Assembly (NCBI RefSeq): GCF_009914755.1
Contig: NC_060930.1
Direction: 5' to 3' (one strand)
Source of the DNA: the human T2T-CHM13v2.0 reference genome, Homo sapiens
Length of the DNA: 64,000 nt
The first letter of the stretch is position 1, and each line of letters opens with the position of its first letter. The position numbers were made by a program, and so were the translations under genes. Below the pieces are notes generated by a model. That model saw nothing but the letters and a program-made list of their open reading frames with translations. It was not told where the DNA came from and made no database searches. Below, piece after piece: positions 28,112-40,010 of this stretch.

Positions 28112-29242
28112 GGTTGCAAGTGTGACTGTTCAGGCAACCAGTGTTCCTTTTAACCAGCTCAGGACCAAAGAGGAAACTGTAAAATCCACAAACAGACAAT
28201 CACTCCCGGGTTTAAGGCAGATGGTTCCTTGAAGCAACTACAATTTTATTTTGATACTACATTATATTATTTTATTTTAGGAAAAATATGAAAGTATAAA
28301 AATCACTTCAAAAAACATTTGCTGTCACTTTTATGTGGAAGCTCGTTTTATTGGGAAGCTCGTTTTTTGTTGGGGCTTCATTAGCTGCAGAAAGGTAAAA
28401 CACTGAGGATGGGCAGATCTGAAGGGCAGGGCAGTGCAGGGATTGTGCAAGTGGCAAGCAGGTGAGTGAATGAAACAACTAGTGGGGCCTTAAGGGAATC
28501 TGGCCCCAGGAGGCGGAGAGGCTGCCAAGGACTAGGACTTGGCTGCCAGGGTGATTTTGAGTAATGTGCTTGGCATTTGCAGCTATCGGGGCCCCTGGCA
28601 GTGGTTCAAAGCAAGAGGGGTCTATCGTTGATTCACTCTTTTCCTCTCTTTTTGGTAGGTCCCCAATTAATCTCCCTGCTATGCCCCATACCCTTCCACT
28701 GCATCTGGCTCTCCACGGGGCTCCCTGCCGTACTCTTCAGCCTTTCCCACTCCATAGTGGTCCTGGGCTCCATTTAGCTAATGCCTCTTCCTCTTCCATT
28801 TTCACACCCAGTTTCCAGTGAGCTGGAGAAAGATTTTGAGCCTGTCAAACCACATGATTCCTTAAAAAGATGAATGGGGAAGACACTCCTTTTGAGCTAC
28901 ATTAGATCTTTTTCACATTGTCTTTGAAATCTGATTGAAGCAGGTCATCTGTTCTCTGTCTATGATTCATTATATCATTCTTCTTACCATTTTTTTTTAC
29001 TACACGTGTTTAGAGATACTAAAATTATACATGAAAGAACAAAAAAGTCATGTTCCATAGTGAACAGGTCTGTGCAAACCTACCCTTAAAGTCCAAGGAA
29101 GCTGAGAGGTCAAAGAAAAAGGCTGACATATCCAGTTTCTCAGAAAGAAACATTTCGTAGGGACTTATGAACAGAGCCATGTGTGTGTCCTGGACAGTGG
29201 CAAGACAAGATGGTGGACCCTCATGCCATTACCCTGTAGACC

Positions 29243-29729
29243 TGAAGAAGGAATTAAGGAAATCAACTATAACCTAATAGTAGTAGTAGTAATAGAAATT
29301 TTAAAATCCTCTTAAAGTTGCTGCAAAGTGTGACCCCCCACCTTACACTCAAGTTAAAAGGGAATATTAACAGCCTGTCTTCTCTCTGTGGACAGTGGAC
29401 CTTATCTATACTTCCCAAATCCACATTCCTCAGAGTTTATTACAGGCCCAGTGAGTTCCTGCATGACTGCAGGGTCACAAGACTGATAAGTTTAGGTTGC
29501 AAGACATGTCTTTCTCAAAATATAACAAATGTTGTAATGCTGCCTTTGTTTCTTGCTTCTGTATCTCGCTTCCTGCCTCATGTAGTTCCCACCTTAAGAT
29601 GTTTAAACGTAGGAAAAGCCCTTTGCTCAGGGCTCAGACTTTCTGGACATATGTGCTACTGATCACCTTAATTTAGTAAACTCTCCTGAACCTTTTTCGG
29701 TCTCTCCAATCTTTGGTTGTCCCACAACA
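29243..29729 (+). repeat. 5' LTR (487 bp)
   Basis: Direct repeat of 36616-37087. Confidence 0.95.
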
Positions 29730-30449
29730 TTTCCGGGGACCAGTCTGGGATTGGAGATGGCAGATTTTCGTCTCCTTTGCCTGTGGGTTAGAGCCCCAGG
29801 ACATGGGAAATCTGGGGTCCTTGGTGCCACCGGGAGAGTTTTAGCCCAGAAGGAGAACAGCCCTTCCACGTTCTGGAGCCTTCCTCCAACAGTGCAAATG
29901 GAACCAGTGGAAAGGGTTGCAGGACAGTCACAAGAACAGTGCATAGACATATGAACTGCAGTAAGGTTTGGGCCCTAAGGCAAGACCCGTCCCATAAGGA
30001 TGGAAGGGGAGCCTGGTCACCTCCAAGGGCATGACAACTAGTCTGACCCGAGGGGGTTGGGACAATGGGAGAGGCCCATTGATTCAGATGAAACTCACAC
30101 CCTAATTGACACCAGACGTAAGTGGGGCTCATGAGTCGGTCAGAAAGGAAAACCATTTTGGGGATGGGGGAGGTGTGTGAAAGTGTGTAAAAGAGATGGT
30201 CTCGGGAGAGACCAAGGCGGGGTTGATGTGGGGAGGCACAGATCTCTTAGCGTGGACTGTGTGCTCCCAGGCGAGTGTGGGAAAAACCAGACCTAGGACA
30301 CTGCATACGGCCCAGAGGACCAGCTCCACAGCTGCAGCTAGCTGTGACAGGAATTAAGGCATGCTCCTGGCTAAGCAGTGTCCGAACCTCCTGTAATAGG
30401 ACCCAGTCTGGTGGATCCAAGAGTGAAAGTGAGAGTGAAAGTGCATCAC

Positions 30450-32045
30450 AAGGGAGGAAACAGGAGGAAAAGCGTCAAAGCCTATTCCACTGGAGTGCGT
30501 GCTGAAAAACTTTAAAAAAAGTTTTAATGGTGACTATGGGGTTAAGCTAACTTCACAGAAACTGAGAACTTTTTTGAGATAAAATAGCCATCTTTTAATG
30601 TAGGGTGGCCAGCCAAGGGGACAATAGACAGGGAGATAATTGGCCGAGTGTTTCGGGTGGTCACCAGGCTTGGAGAACAGCCCGGGCACCTGGATCAGTT
30701 TCCGTATATTGACTCCTGGCTAAGTATAATTCAGACCCTCCCTAAGTGGCTGCAGGCCTACTTTGAGATCTACTGTAAGACTCTAACGGCCAAGACAAAA
30801 CCAGGAACAATAGAAAGAAACTGCAAGGCATCAGAAAAAGAAAAGTCACAGGAAAAGCAGTAAAAACCTGTCCTACAGGCCCCGCCTGAAGAGTTAGAAA
30901 TTCCACCCCACTATGCACCAATTTATCCACCTCTGGCAAAGCTTAGACAGAAGGCTGCCCCGGCTGCCTCCGGAGACTCAGACTCAGAAGGAAGCACCCC
31001 TCAGGCAACACCACGCAGAGAGGAGCCAGAGCCCTTGACTGAAAAGCCAAGGGAGGAACTCCAGGGTGATGAGGTCGGCCGCCTTAGGTCGGTCCGTGCC
31101 CAAGCAATGCAGATGCCACTCTGAGAAACATGGGGACAAATTTATTTGAATGCACAGAATGAAGTCCAAGGGGGAGAACAGCTCTTCTTTTATCAGCCCT
31201 TCTCTACTACTGATCTCTTAAATTGGAGACAACATACTCCCTCCTATAGAGAGAAGCCTCAGGCTCTTATAGATCTAATGCAGTCCATTTTCCTAACTCA
31301 CAATCCTACCTGGGTTGATTGTAAACATTTTTTTCTGTCATTATTTAATATGGAAGAGCACCGTAGAGTTATACAAGCTGCTCTCCAGTGGCTGGAGAAA
31401 AATGCATCTTCAAGCACAGGAGATATCAGGCAGTATACACAACAAGCACTCCTGATAGAGGCTGACCCAGGCTGGGACCCTAACCAGGCTCAAGGGCTAC
31501 AAGTTTGCAGCAGTATTGAGAGGCACTCCTAAATGGAATAAACGCTGGAGAGAAAAAGGCCACCAATATCGGAAAGGTCTCAGAGGTTCGCCAGAAGCCA
31601 GATAAAAGTCCCGGTGAATTTTATGAGAGGCTGTGCGAGGCTTACCAGCTTTACATGCCACTTGACCCAGAGGCTGCGGGTAATCAGTGTATGGTTAATG
31701 TGGCATTTGTAAGCCAGGTGCAAGAAGACATCGGAAGTTAGAAGGGTTTGAAGGTGTGAATATTACCCAGCTTATCCAGGTGGCTACTAAGGTGTTTGTA
31801 AATCAGAAGGAGGAGGCCAAGAGAAAAGCTAGATGCAGAGCTAAGGAAAAGGCAGACTTGCTGGCGGTGGCCTTAGTTGGAAGAGAAACTGGTTTTGTGA
31901 GAGGATGTGGTCGTGGTTGCGGTCATGATAGAGGACAAACTAGGTAAAACCAGGAAGCTAAGCCAGGACAAGAGGGCCAACTTAGGCTTAAGGGAGATCA
32001 ATGTGTGAGATGCAAGCAGATGGGACACTAGAAGAATGAATGCCA
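30450..32045 (+). pseudogene. gag remnant
   Basis: PLECVLKNF-type matrix start with no ATG; YQPFSTTDLLNWRQH capsid motif; CCHC knuckle CVRCKQMGH*KNEC at 32002-32043; stops and frameshifts. Confidence 0.85.
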
Positions 32046-34130
32046 AATTTTCCGGTGCCCTTGTTAGGAAGAGATTTCCTCCAGAAATTGCAAGCACAAA
32101 TCTCCTTTATACCAGAAGGGCACATGACTCTAAATCTAGGTCAAAGAAAAGCCATGATAAAGACCCTTACTGTCCCAACAACAGAGGAATGGTAATAATT
32201 TGGGTGCCCCACACGGTTGTCACTCTGATGGAGCAGAGGGGACATTGCTGGCTTTCTAACCCTAGAATGTTAAGATATCAAGGGCTTTTGTGTGAAATCC
32301 CCTACCTAACCTTGGAGACTATGAATACTCTAAATCCGGCCACACTGCTGCTGATAGAATGGGCGGAGCATGGAAAGCCCCCATTGTGTGGCCCAGGGTA
32401 TCACTGTTGTGTGGAAACTGTGGATGAAGTTTTCTCAAGCTGAAAAGACTTAAAGGACTAGCCCTTAAAAGACCCACATGTTAAATACTTTGCTGATGGA
32501 AGCAGCTTCATATCTAAAGGTTTATCAGTTGGGCTGGATATGCAGTGGTAACACTGAATTCAGCAGCTGAAACCTGCCCTCTGCCGGCCGGAACTTTAGC
32601 CCAAAGAGCTGAGATAATAGCTGTCACTAGGGTGTTGCTTTTGGCCAAAGAAAGTCGGTAAACATCTATACTGACTCAAGGTATGCCTTTGCCACTTTGC
32701 ATGCCCATGGAGCCATATATAAGGAAAGAGGATTGTTAACTACTGAAGGAAAGGAAATCAAAAATAAAAAGGAAATAGAGCAGCTCTTAGAAGCTGTATG
32801 GGCTCCAAAAGAAGTAGCAGTCATCCATTGCAAAGGGCATCAAACAGGAGGACATGACAAGGCCAGAGAAAACAGAAAGGCAGAAAGAGAAGCCAAAAGA
32901 GCTGCAATGACAGCGATAACTAAGAAGGAAGAGGAAACCCTTACCATGCCCTTATTGGAGCTTCCTCTTACAGAACCCCCTAACTACTCCTCTAATGAAA
33001 AGGCTTGGTTTGAGCAGGAAAGTGGAAGTTACCAGAAAGGAAGTTGGTGGAAGTTCTCAAATGGGAGGCTCGCCAGCTATCCCAGAAGCAATAGCCCCTG
33101 GTTCATAAAACAGTTTCATCAAGGAACACATATGGGAAAAACTGCATTAGAGACTCTTGTAGGATGGCATTTCTATTGCTGAGCCTAACTGCCATCACTC
33201 GAGCCATTTATGAGTAATGTTTAACTTGTGCCCCAAACAATCCACAGCAGGGGCCAACATGGCCCCCAGGGATTCAAGAAACTGGAGCTACACCCTGTGA
33301 AAACCTGCATGTGGGCTTTACTGAGCTGCCTCGAACCGGAGGCTACCGGTGCATGCTAGTGTTTGTCTGCACTTTCTCAGGGTGGGTTGAGGCATTTCCC
33401 ACCAGGACAAAGAAAGCTCGGGAAGTAACCAGAATCTTACTAAAGGACATTATTCCTAGATTTCGACTGCCTCTAACTTTAGGATCAGACAATGGCCCAG
33501 CATTTGTGGCAGAAATAGTACAACAGCTAACACAGAGGTTAAAAATCAAATGAAAACTGCATACAGCTTATCACCCATAGAGTTCTGGAAAGTTGAAAGA
33601 ATAAACCGGACACTCAAACAGCCGTTAAAAAAGTTTTGCCATGAAACTCATCTAAGATGGGATCAGGTGCTGCCCATGGTCCTTCTCTGAGTCAGGTGCA
33701 CCCCTACTAAATTAACTGGGTATTCACCCTATAAGATAGTGTTTGGCCGACACCCTGATCATAACTCAGATAAACGGGGATTTAAAAAATTGGGGAATTA
33801 ACCTTAAGAAGGCAAATGCAAGCCTTAGGTGAGGTCTCGCAGGAAATGCAAGGATGGGTAAGAGAAAGAATACCTGTTAGCCTCACAGATGCAGTACAAC
33901 CCTTCTAACCTGGAGACTCTGTCTGGGTCAAACAATGGAACCCAACCACTTTAGGGCCTTTATGGGATAGTCCCCATATTGTGATCTTGTCTACTCCCAC
34001 TGCTGTTAAAGTTGCAGGTATCATACCTTGGGTTCATCATAGCCGGCTGAAACCAGAAGCAGCCACCACCCAGGACCAGTGGACAAGTCAACAAAACCCA
34101 GACCACTCAACATGGCTGATCCTGTGGTGA
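32046..34130 (+). pseudogene. pro/pol remnant: protease C-terminus, tether, RNase H, integrase; RT missing
   Basis: PVPLLGRDFLQKL; WLSNPRMLRYQ; YFADGSS; [13 protein letters not shown]; VIHCKGH; FSGWVEAFPT; GSDNGPAFV. Confidence 0.88.
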
Positions 34131-34410
34131 AACCAAGCCACTGCTGACAAGGACAACTGCCCTGCTTCAACCACACCAGAGGCTGGTTGGTCCACGCACG
34201 GCTGAAGCTTGAGGAAACATCGAGCCCTGTTCTAGTCACACAAATGGAAGCTGACTAGTCTATGCATGGCTGAAGCCTGAGGAAGTCAATGATACATAAG
34301 TAAATGTAGACTAAATTTACAAACATAGTTATACTCTTACTTGTAGTAATTATTTTGCTGTCATGTTATCTTTGCAAATGCTGCCAAGCTTGTTGCCCAG
34401 AAAGGTGCCC

Positions 34411-36582
34411 ATGCATAGTATAAGTTTAATCATATTAGTAATACTGAAGCCACTGACACTTTCACCTATGGTTATAAAAGGGGACCAGGATGACTGTCAT
34501 CACTGTATGATAGAAGCCTGGTCTGGAAAAGGTGTGACTAAAACTCTGTTATACCAGACCTACTATGAGTGTACAGGGACTCATACAGGAACTTGTTGTT
34601 TATAACCAGACTAATTACTCAGTCTGTGATCCTGGAAACGGGCAGCCCCAAATATGTTATGACCCAGAGTTCTTGCCCTATGACTTCTTATTTGAAGTCC
34701 AAATTTGGTGAACCCCTAATGCCATCATATACAAACCCCACAGAAACTGGGGTCAGTAAACTTGTAAACAAAACGCAAGTATTCACTTACGCGCATAAAG
34801 GGCCCGTCTCCATATATTTTGATGCCTGCCAAGCTGCACATCTCAGTAAACTAAATAATATTTGGACCATCTGTAAAAATCTAGGACAAGAAAGAGTCAG
34901 CAGCAGAGCCACCAAGGCCATAATAGGAGAGTCCGAAAAAGAGTGCCCTGATTGTGATAATCAGTGGACCACACATGAATTTAATCAGCACCTATACACT
35001 GGAAGGGCTGCTCTGTTTGCCAGCCAAGAGGAGAAGATAGGGTACACAACTGGAACATGCTACCCACTCAATCTGACAATACTAAAGCCAAATATGACTT
35101 TCTGGACTAAAGGGCATAAAGGATTACTAACCTTTGATCAGGCAGGAGCTCTCCTAGGACTTGGTATTCCTCTGGTCATCACAAAGAAAACCCAAAGGAC
35201 TCAAGTTCAACTTAGCCCAATACAACAGTTCAGGTTTTATAAATCTTTCAATGAACACTTTAATTCTGAAGTATCAAAAATTCAAATTCCTCCTATATCA
35301 ACTGAAAATCTGTTTGTCCAGCTAGCCAAAAGTATTGCTAACAATTTAGGAGTTACTTCCTGTTATGTATGTGGAGGTGCTAATATGAGAGATCAATGGC
35401 CCTGGGAAGCCAGAGAATTGATGCTGCAAGACAATTTTACCTTGCCTGAATTTGTTACAAAATTCAATGCAAATCCAAGTGTTTGGCTATTAAGGAACCC
35501 CATCATTGGAAAATACTGTATTGCCTGTTGGGGCAAGTCCTTTCAGAACCAGATAGGGGAAACAACTTGCCTAGGTCAACAATATTTTGAAGAATCTGAG
35601 AACAGAACACAATGGAGAAGCTTTATAGATGATTCCTCTGTGTCACTTTAATCCCTTTTTGCAGTTCCCAACACTAAATCAATCATGGTACCAATTAGAA
35701 GCTCCAACTGTTTGGAGAGCACCTGCAGGATTATATAGGATCTGTGGAACAAAGGCTTATCAATTACTAACCGATAAATGGACAGGGGCATGTATATTAG
35801 GAACAATAAGGCCATTCTTTTTGCTACTCCCCCTGCAGCAAGGGGAAGATCTAAGCTATCTGGTCTATGATGAAGGCAGAAAAAGAGTCAAAAGAAATGT
35901 GTTTACAAAAATAAGTACTGAGGAAAAAATAAATACTAACATTAAAAAGGACATTGAAATAGGGGGCTGGAAAGATAATGAATGGCCCCCTGGGCACAAG
36001 ATGGGTCATGGGGATACTGTACTCCTATTTATATGTTAAACCACATCATAAGGTTGCAAGCAGTTCTGGAAATTATAGTCAATGAAACAGCCTGAGCCTT
36101 AGACTTGCTAGCCATACAGGCAACCCAGATGAGAGATGCCATTTATCAGAACAGGTTAGTACTGAATTATGTTTTAGCTTCAGAAGGGGGTTTGTGGAAA
36201 ACTTAATTTAACAAATTGCTGCTTACAAATTGATGACAATGGAAAAGCTGTCATGGAAATCACTGCCAGGATGCGGAAGTTAGCTCATGTTCTGGTTCAG
36301 ACATGGTCTGGTTGGAACCCGAGTTCACTCTTTGGAGGACGGTTTTCATGGTTTGGAGGCTTTAAAACTGTAATACTAGGCTTTGTGGCCATAAAAGGTG
36401 GATGCCTACTGCTTCCCTGTCTCTTGCCATTTCTAATCGGAAGCATCCAATCCACCATAGACTCAATGGTAGACAGACATACCACCATCCGAATAAAGGC
36501 TCTGCAAAAGTACCAACTGGTATCCCAAGATGAGTATGTACCCACTCAAGAAGAAATAGCTAACTGTGGTGCTCTTTATTAA
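34411..36582 (+). pseudogene. ERV3-like env remnant (frameshifted)
   Basis: CHHC...TKTLLYQTYYECTGT; NLFVQLAKSIA...SCYVCGG...DQWPWEAREL; furin site RKRVKR ~35878-35895; ISD-like YQNRLVLNY; [10 protein letters not shown]; TM segment. Confidence 0.88.
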
Positions 36583-36615
36583 TCTACATTTGTGTCGAGC
36601 ACCAAAAGGGGGAAA

Positions 36616-37087
36616 TGAAGAAGGAATTAATGAAATCAACTATAACCTAAGAGTAGTAGTAATACAAATTTTAAAATCCTTTTAAAGTTCCTGCAAAATG
36701 TGACCCCTGCCTTACATTCACGTTAAAAGGGAATATTAACAGCCTGTCTTCTCTCTGTGGACAGTGGACCTTATCTATACTCCCCAACTCCACATTCCTC
36801 AAAGTTTATTACAGGCCCAGTGAGTTCCTGCATGACTGCAGGGTCACAAGACTGATAAGTTTAGGCTGCAAGACATGTCTTTCTCAAAATGTAACAAACG
36901 TTGTAATACTGCCTTTGTTTCTTGCTTCTGTAACTCGATTCCCGCCTCACGTAGTTCCCACCTTAAGATATTTAAAAGTAGGAAAAGCCCTTTGTTTGGG
37001 GCTCAGACTAGCTGAGCCGGTGATCACCTTAATTTAATAAACTTTCCTGAACTTTCGGTCTCTTCAGTCTTTGATCATCCCGCAACA
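36616..37087 (+). repeat. 3' LTR (472 bp)
   Basis: Direct repeat of the 5' LTR; intact AATAAA ~37036. Confidence 0.95.
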
Positions 37088-39451
37088 GACCCAGGGCTTA
37101 CATACCACCGGGAAAGGGCCTGCGTGATTCAGAAGGGATGTATATGACAATTGAAGTATCATAACATCAAGGTGGTTTTGACGTACAGGCAGGACTTATG
37201 ACAAGTATGTGTTCTCATACAAGGAACAATCGATAAACTAGAAATCTTAGAAGCCTTCCTGAAAAAGGATTAATCAGAAGTCAACATGGCAGATTAGCAT
37301 CTAAAAATGAAGTTGCTTCAGCCTCCGCAAGTCATAAAGGTTTTTTTGTTGTTGTTAAAAAGAGAGGCTCTTTAGATCAAAAGGGGAAATGTATACTGGT
37401 TTCTATTTTCTCTTGTATAGTCTCTTTCAAGTTCTTGGTAGAATAGCTCCTTTAGTAAGGAATAATGATGGCTGCTAAGCAGTATCCATCCATGCAGCTA
37501 TCCAATAACATTTCACAAATATTTGCTGTCCTACCATAAACTAGGAATTAGTCTCAGCAGCAAGGATGCAGCAGCAGATAAGAGAGACATTGCCCCTGCC
37601 TTCCTTAAGCTTGCTTCTCAAGGGAAAAGTAGAGAATAAGGAGCTACAGCAGGGTTACAACTTCTATTCATCTAACCTTCTCTGTCTTTTTCTTCTCCTT
37701 CTTAAATGGGAGATGAAAAGTTTCAGAAGCCGGCTTGCAAAGCCACTTTGCCTCCCACCCTCCATCACAACCATTAACCAAGACTAGAATGTAGGAGGGG
37801 AAGCAGGTAAAATGAAAGTGCTAAAAGGAGAGGGTTGGGTGCTGCTGATGTGGAGGAGGCAGAGTCTTCAAAGAGAAAGGGAAGAATGGCCTTCTGCATA
37901 CAGACAGGAGCAGAGGAGTTGTTCTCAAGTGTAGACCCTCCATCCCAACCCCATGACCCAGCACCTGTGAACATTTCTAGACACTCGGGTGCCTGAGACT
38001 GTGAGGCCTTGGGTGGAGCTGGGGCCACGCAGGGAAAACCTTATTCCTGAGCAAAGGGTCTTAGAAGAGAGCTTATCAGAAATTTCCTCAGAAACCAGAT
38101 CCCAGTGGACCAGGCCACTATCAATTTTCATTTAACAAATTTCAGTTATTGGAGGGCAGTTGCGCTGCATGCTTTCTGAGGCCAGCCCTATGTGGAAAGG
38201 TTTGTGTGGATAACATCAGGTTTCCCAGTGCCTCTGTTCTACGGCAGTCTTCTGAATCCAGGCTTGTATCTCCTCCAGCTGAAGTTTTTGGTGCTTATAA
38301 GGTAGCTTCTGCTTTGAAAGAAGAAACATGCAGCACGTTTTATGTTCCCTTTTCACCTCTTCATGCTCCTTAGCTTGCAACCTTCTCAGCATTGTTATTC
38401 ACTTCCCTGCTAATGTTTACCACTTCACATTTACTTTGGTATTTAAATGGGGGATGATAATGTGGGTTTGCACTATTGATGTTCAATGGCTTCAATACCA
38501 ATAGATCTCATTTTGAAGCCACCAAATTGCTCCAAGTTCCAGCTAAGAATAAAAGGAAAATATTTAAATTCGAGGTTTTATGATGAGAGCAGCAGAGAAC
38601 GAAATTGAGGTTTCCACTGGGTTGCTGACTTTGTCAAACAAATGAGGGGAAATTAGGCGGAGTGGGATAAGCAAAACATATTTAAGAACTGAATTCTCCC
38701 CAAAACGTGAGCTTTGGTGCTCTATTAAATTTCACAAACCAGACCAGTTCTGTCACTGTTCAATTAGCTCTAGTTGTGTAATAGAACCTGCATAAAAGCC
38801 AACACTGTCAACAAGGCCTCAAGGTAGATGAAAAGATAAAATTAAATTCTAATTTCCCATCAATCTGGAAGCAGAAGAATTTGTACAGAATTGTTTCAAA
38901 TGAAATGCTGTTTTGTTTGGGAAGTAAGAAAGTTTTAGTCACTAGGGGATCTCCGCTCTGCCTCCTTTCAGGCATGAAATGCTGGCTTCATTCCCTGCCC
39001 TCCCCCGACCTCGGCCCCACTCCGCAGCAGGGAGAGTCCACCTTGACGGTGACAACGGGTATTTCCATCATCGTGTTGACTCTGGAGAGAACTTGCTTAA
39101 GCCCCTGTCTTGAACAGATTTGATTCTCTTCTTCCTTTCTTCTTGTGGCTTCCAGCAGACCAACCATTTATCTAATTAAGGAATCATTTTTCATTGTTTT
39201 TAGGTGTGATGTGGAATTTTGGTTATTATTTTTATTTTTTTTTAGAGCTACCTATTATAGTACTACAGATGAAATGGTGTCATGTCTGGGATTTGCTTCA
39301 AAATAATACAAAGGCCTGGGAAAGGGGGTTACCATCCATGAGCTGATAACTGTTGAAATTGGGTGTCAGGTTTATTATACTCTACTTTTGTATGTACTTA
39401 AAATTGTTCATAACAAAGAAAAAAGATTTTTAAAGTTTATCTACAAGATGT

Positions 39452-39764
39452 GGCCAGACACGGTGGCTCACACCTGTAATCTCAGCACTTTGGAAGGCGG
39501 AGGTGGGTGGATCATTTGAGGTGTGGAGTTCCAGACCAGCCTGGCCAACATGGTGCAACCCCGTCTGTACTAAAAATACAAAAATTAGCCAGGCGTGACG
39601 GTGTGTGCCTGTAATCCCAGCTACTCAGTGGGGCTGAGGCAGGAGAATTGCTTGAGTCAAGGAGGTGAGGTTTGCAGTGAGCCGAGATCGCGCCACTGCG
39701 CTCCAGTCTGGGCAGCGATAAAGCGAGAGTCCATCTCAAAAAAATAAATAAATAAATAAATAAA
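39452..39764 (+). mobile_element. Alu (AluS-type) directly abutting the exon-1 donor
   Basis: Full dimer with (TAAA)n tail; 20-bp TSD 39431-39450 / 39761-39780. Confidence 0.95.
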
Positions 39765-39774
39765 GTTTACTTAC

Positions 39775-40010
39775 CAGATGCTGTCTTCCTTTTGGTAATT
39801 TTAATGCCATTTTAGTGTCAATAATAAGATCTAATAATTATGGGACGCCATGTTATGTTTTTCCCATATTTTGTCTTTGTTAATCCTCTTATGAAGTCTA
39901 GGAGATTGGTATTATTATTCATTTGATGTTACAGATGAAGAAACTGAGACATAGATAGAGAGGTGGAGAGAACTTGACCAGGGCTCTATAGCGAGTAGTG
40001 GTAAAGTGAG
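39775..40010 (-). other. IL22RA2: IL22RA2 probable non-coding exon 1 (5' end approximate)
   Basis: Strong donor CTG|GTAAGT at 39774. The junction ...GACAGCATCTG|TTTCCTCTTTGG matches my recollection of the mRNA. The TSS cannot be fixed from sequence alone. Confidence 0.7.

Larger units (their letters stand above)
29243..37087 (+). mobile_element. Defective class I (gamma-like) provirus, ERV3-related (HERV1-type, HERV-ERI group), antisense in IL22RA2 intron 1
   Basis: TG...CA LTRs at 29243-29729 and 36616-37087; 4-bp TSD GACC; degenerate tRNA-Pro-like PBS (13/18) just after the 5' LTR; PPT aaaagggggaaa 36604-36615; gag, RNase H, integrase and env remnants. Confidence 0.92.
29060..37329 (-). 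mobile_element. Older ERV1 solo LTR (LTR47/MER72-like), split into 29060-29242 and 37088-37329 by the provirus
   Basis: Minus-strand start tgcggaggctgaagcaacttcat...; the two halves join across the GACC TSD. Subfamily from recall. Confidence 0.55.

Noticed and set aside
29502-29511. AGACATGTCT p53 half-site in both proviral LTRs
   Set aside because: Only one decamer; the adjacent decamers do not fit the consensus.
34185-34290. Imperfect direct repeat (ggctgaagcYtgaggaa) at the pol-env junction
   Set aside because: Probably an inherited feature of the viral family; only two copies, not an array.
34569-35651. 360-aa ORF as a functional gene
   Set aside because: It is a mid-env fragment. It starts at a non-ATG codon, its first ~45 codons are out of the env frame, and it has no signal peptide or TM.
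29436-36810. Gene-strand AATAAA in both LTRs (29436-29441, 36805-36810) as premature poly(A) sites
   Set aside because: The hexamer is common in AT-rich introns and there is no further support.
29243-37087. Provirus as a retinoic-acid-responsive RRHERV-I copy explaining IL-22BP induction
   Set aside because: The PBS resembles tRNA-Pro rather than Ile, and I saw no clear DR2/DR5 element in the LTRs.
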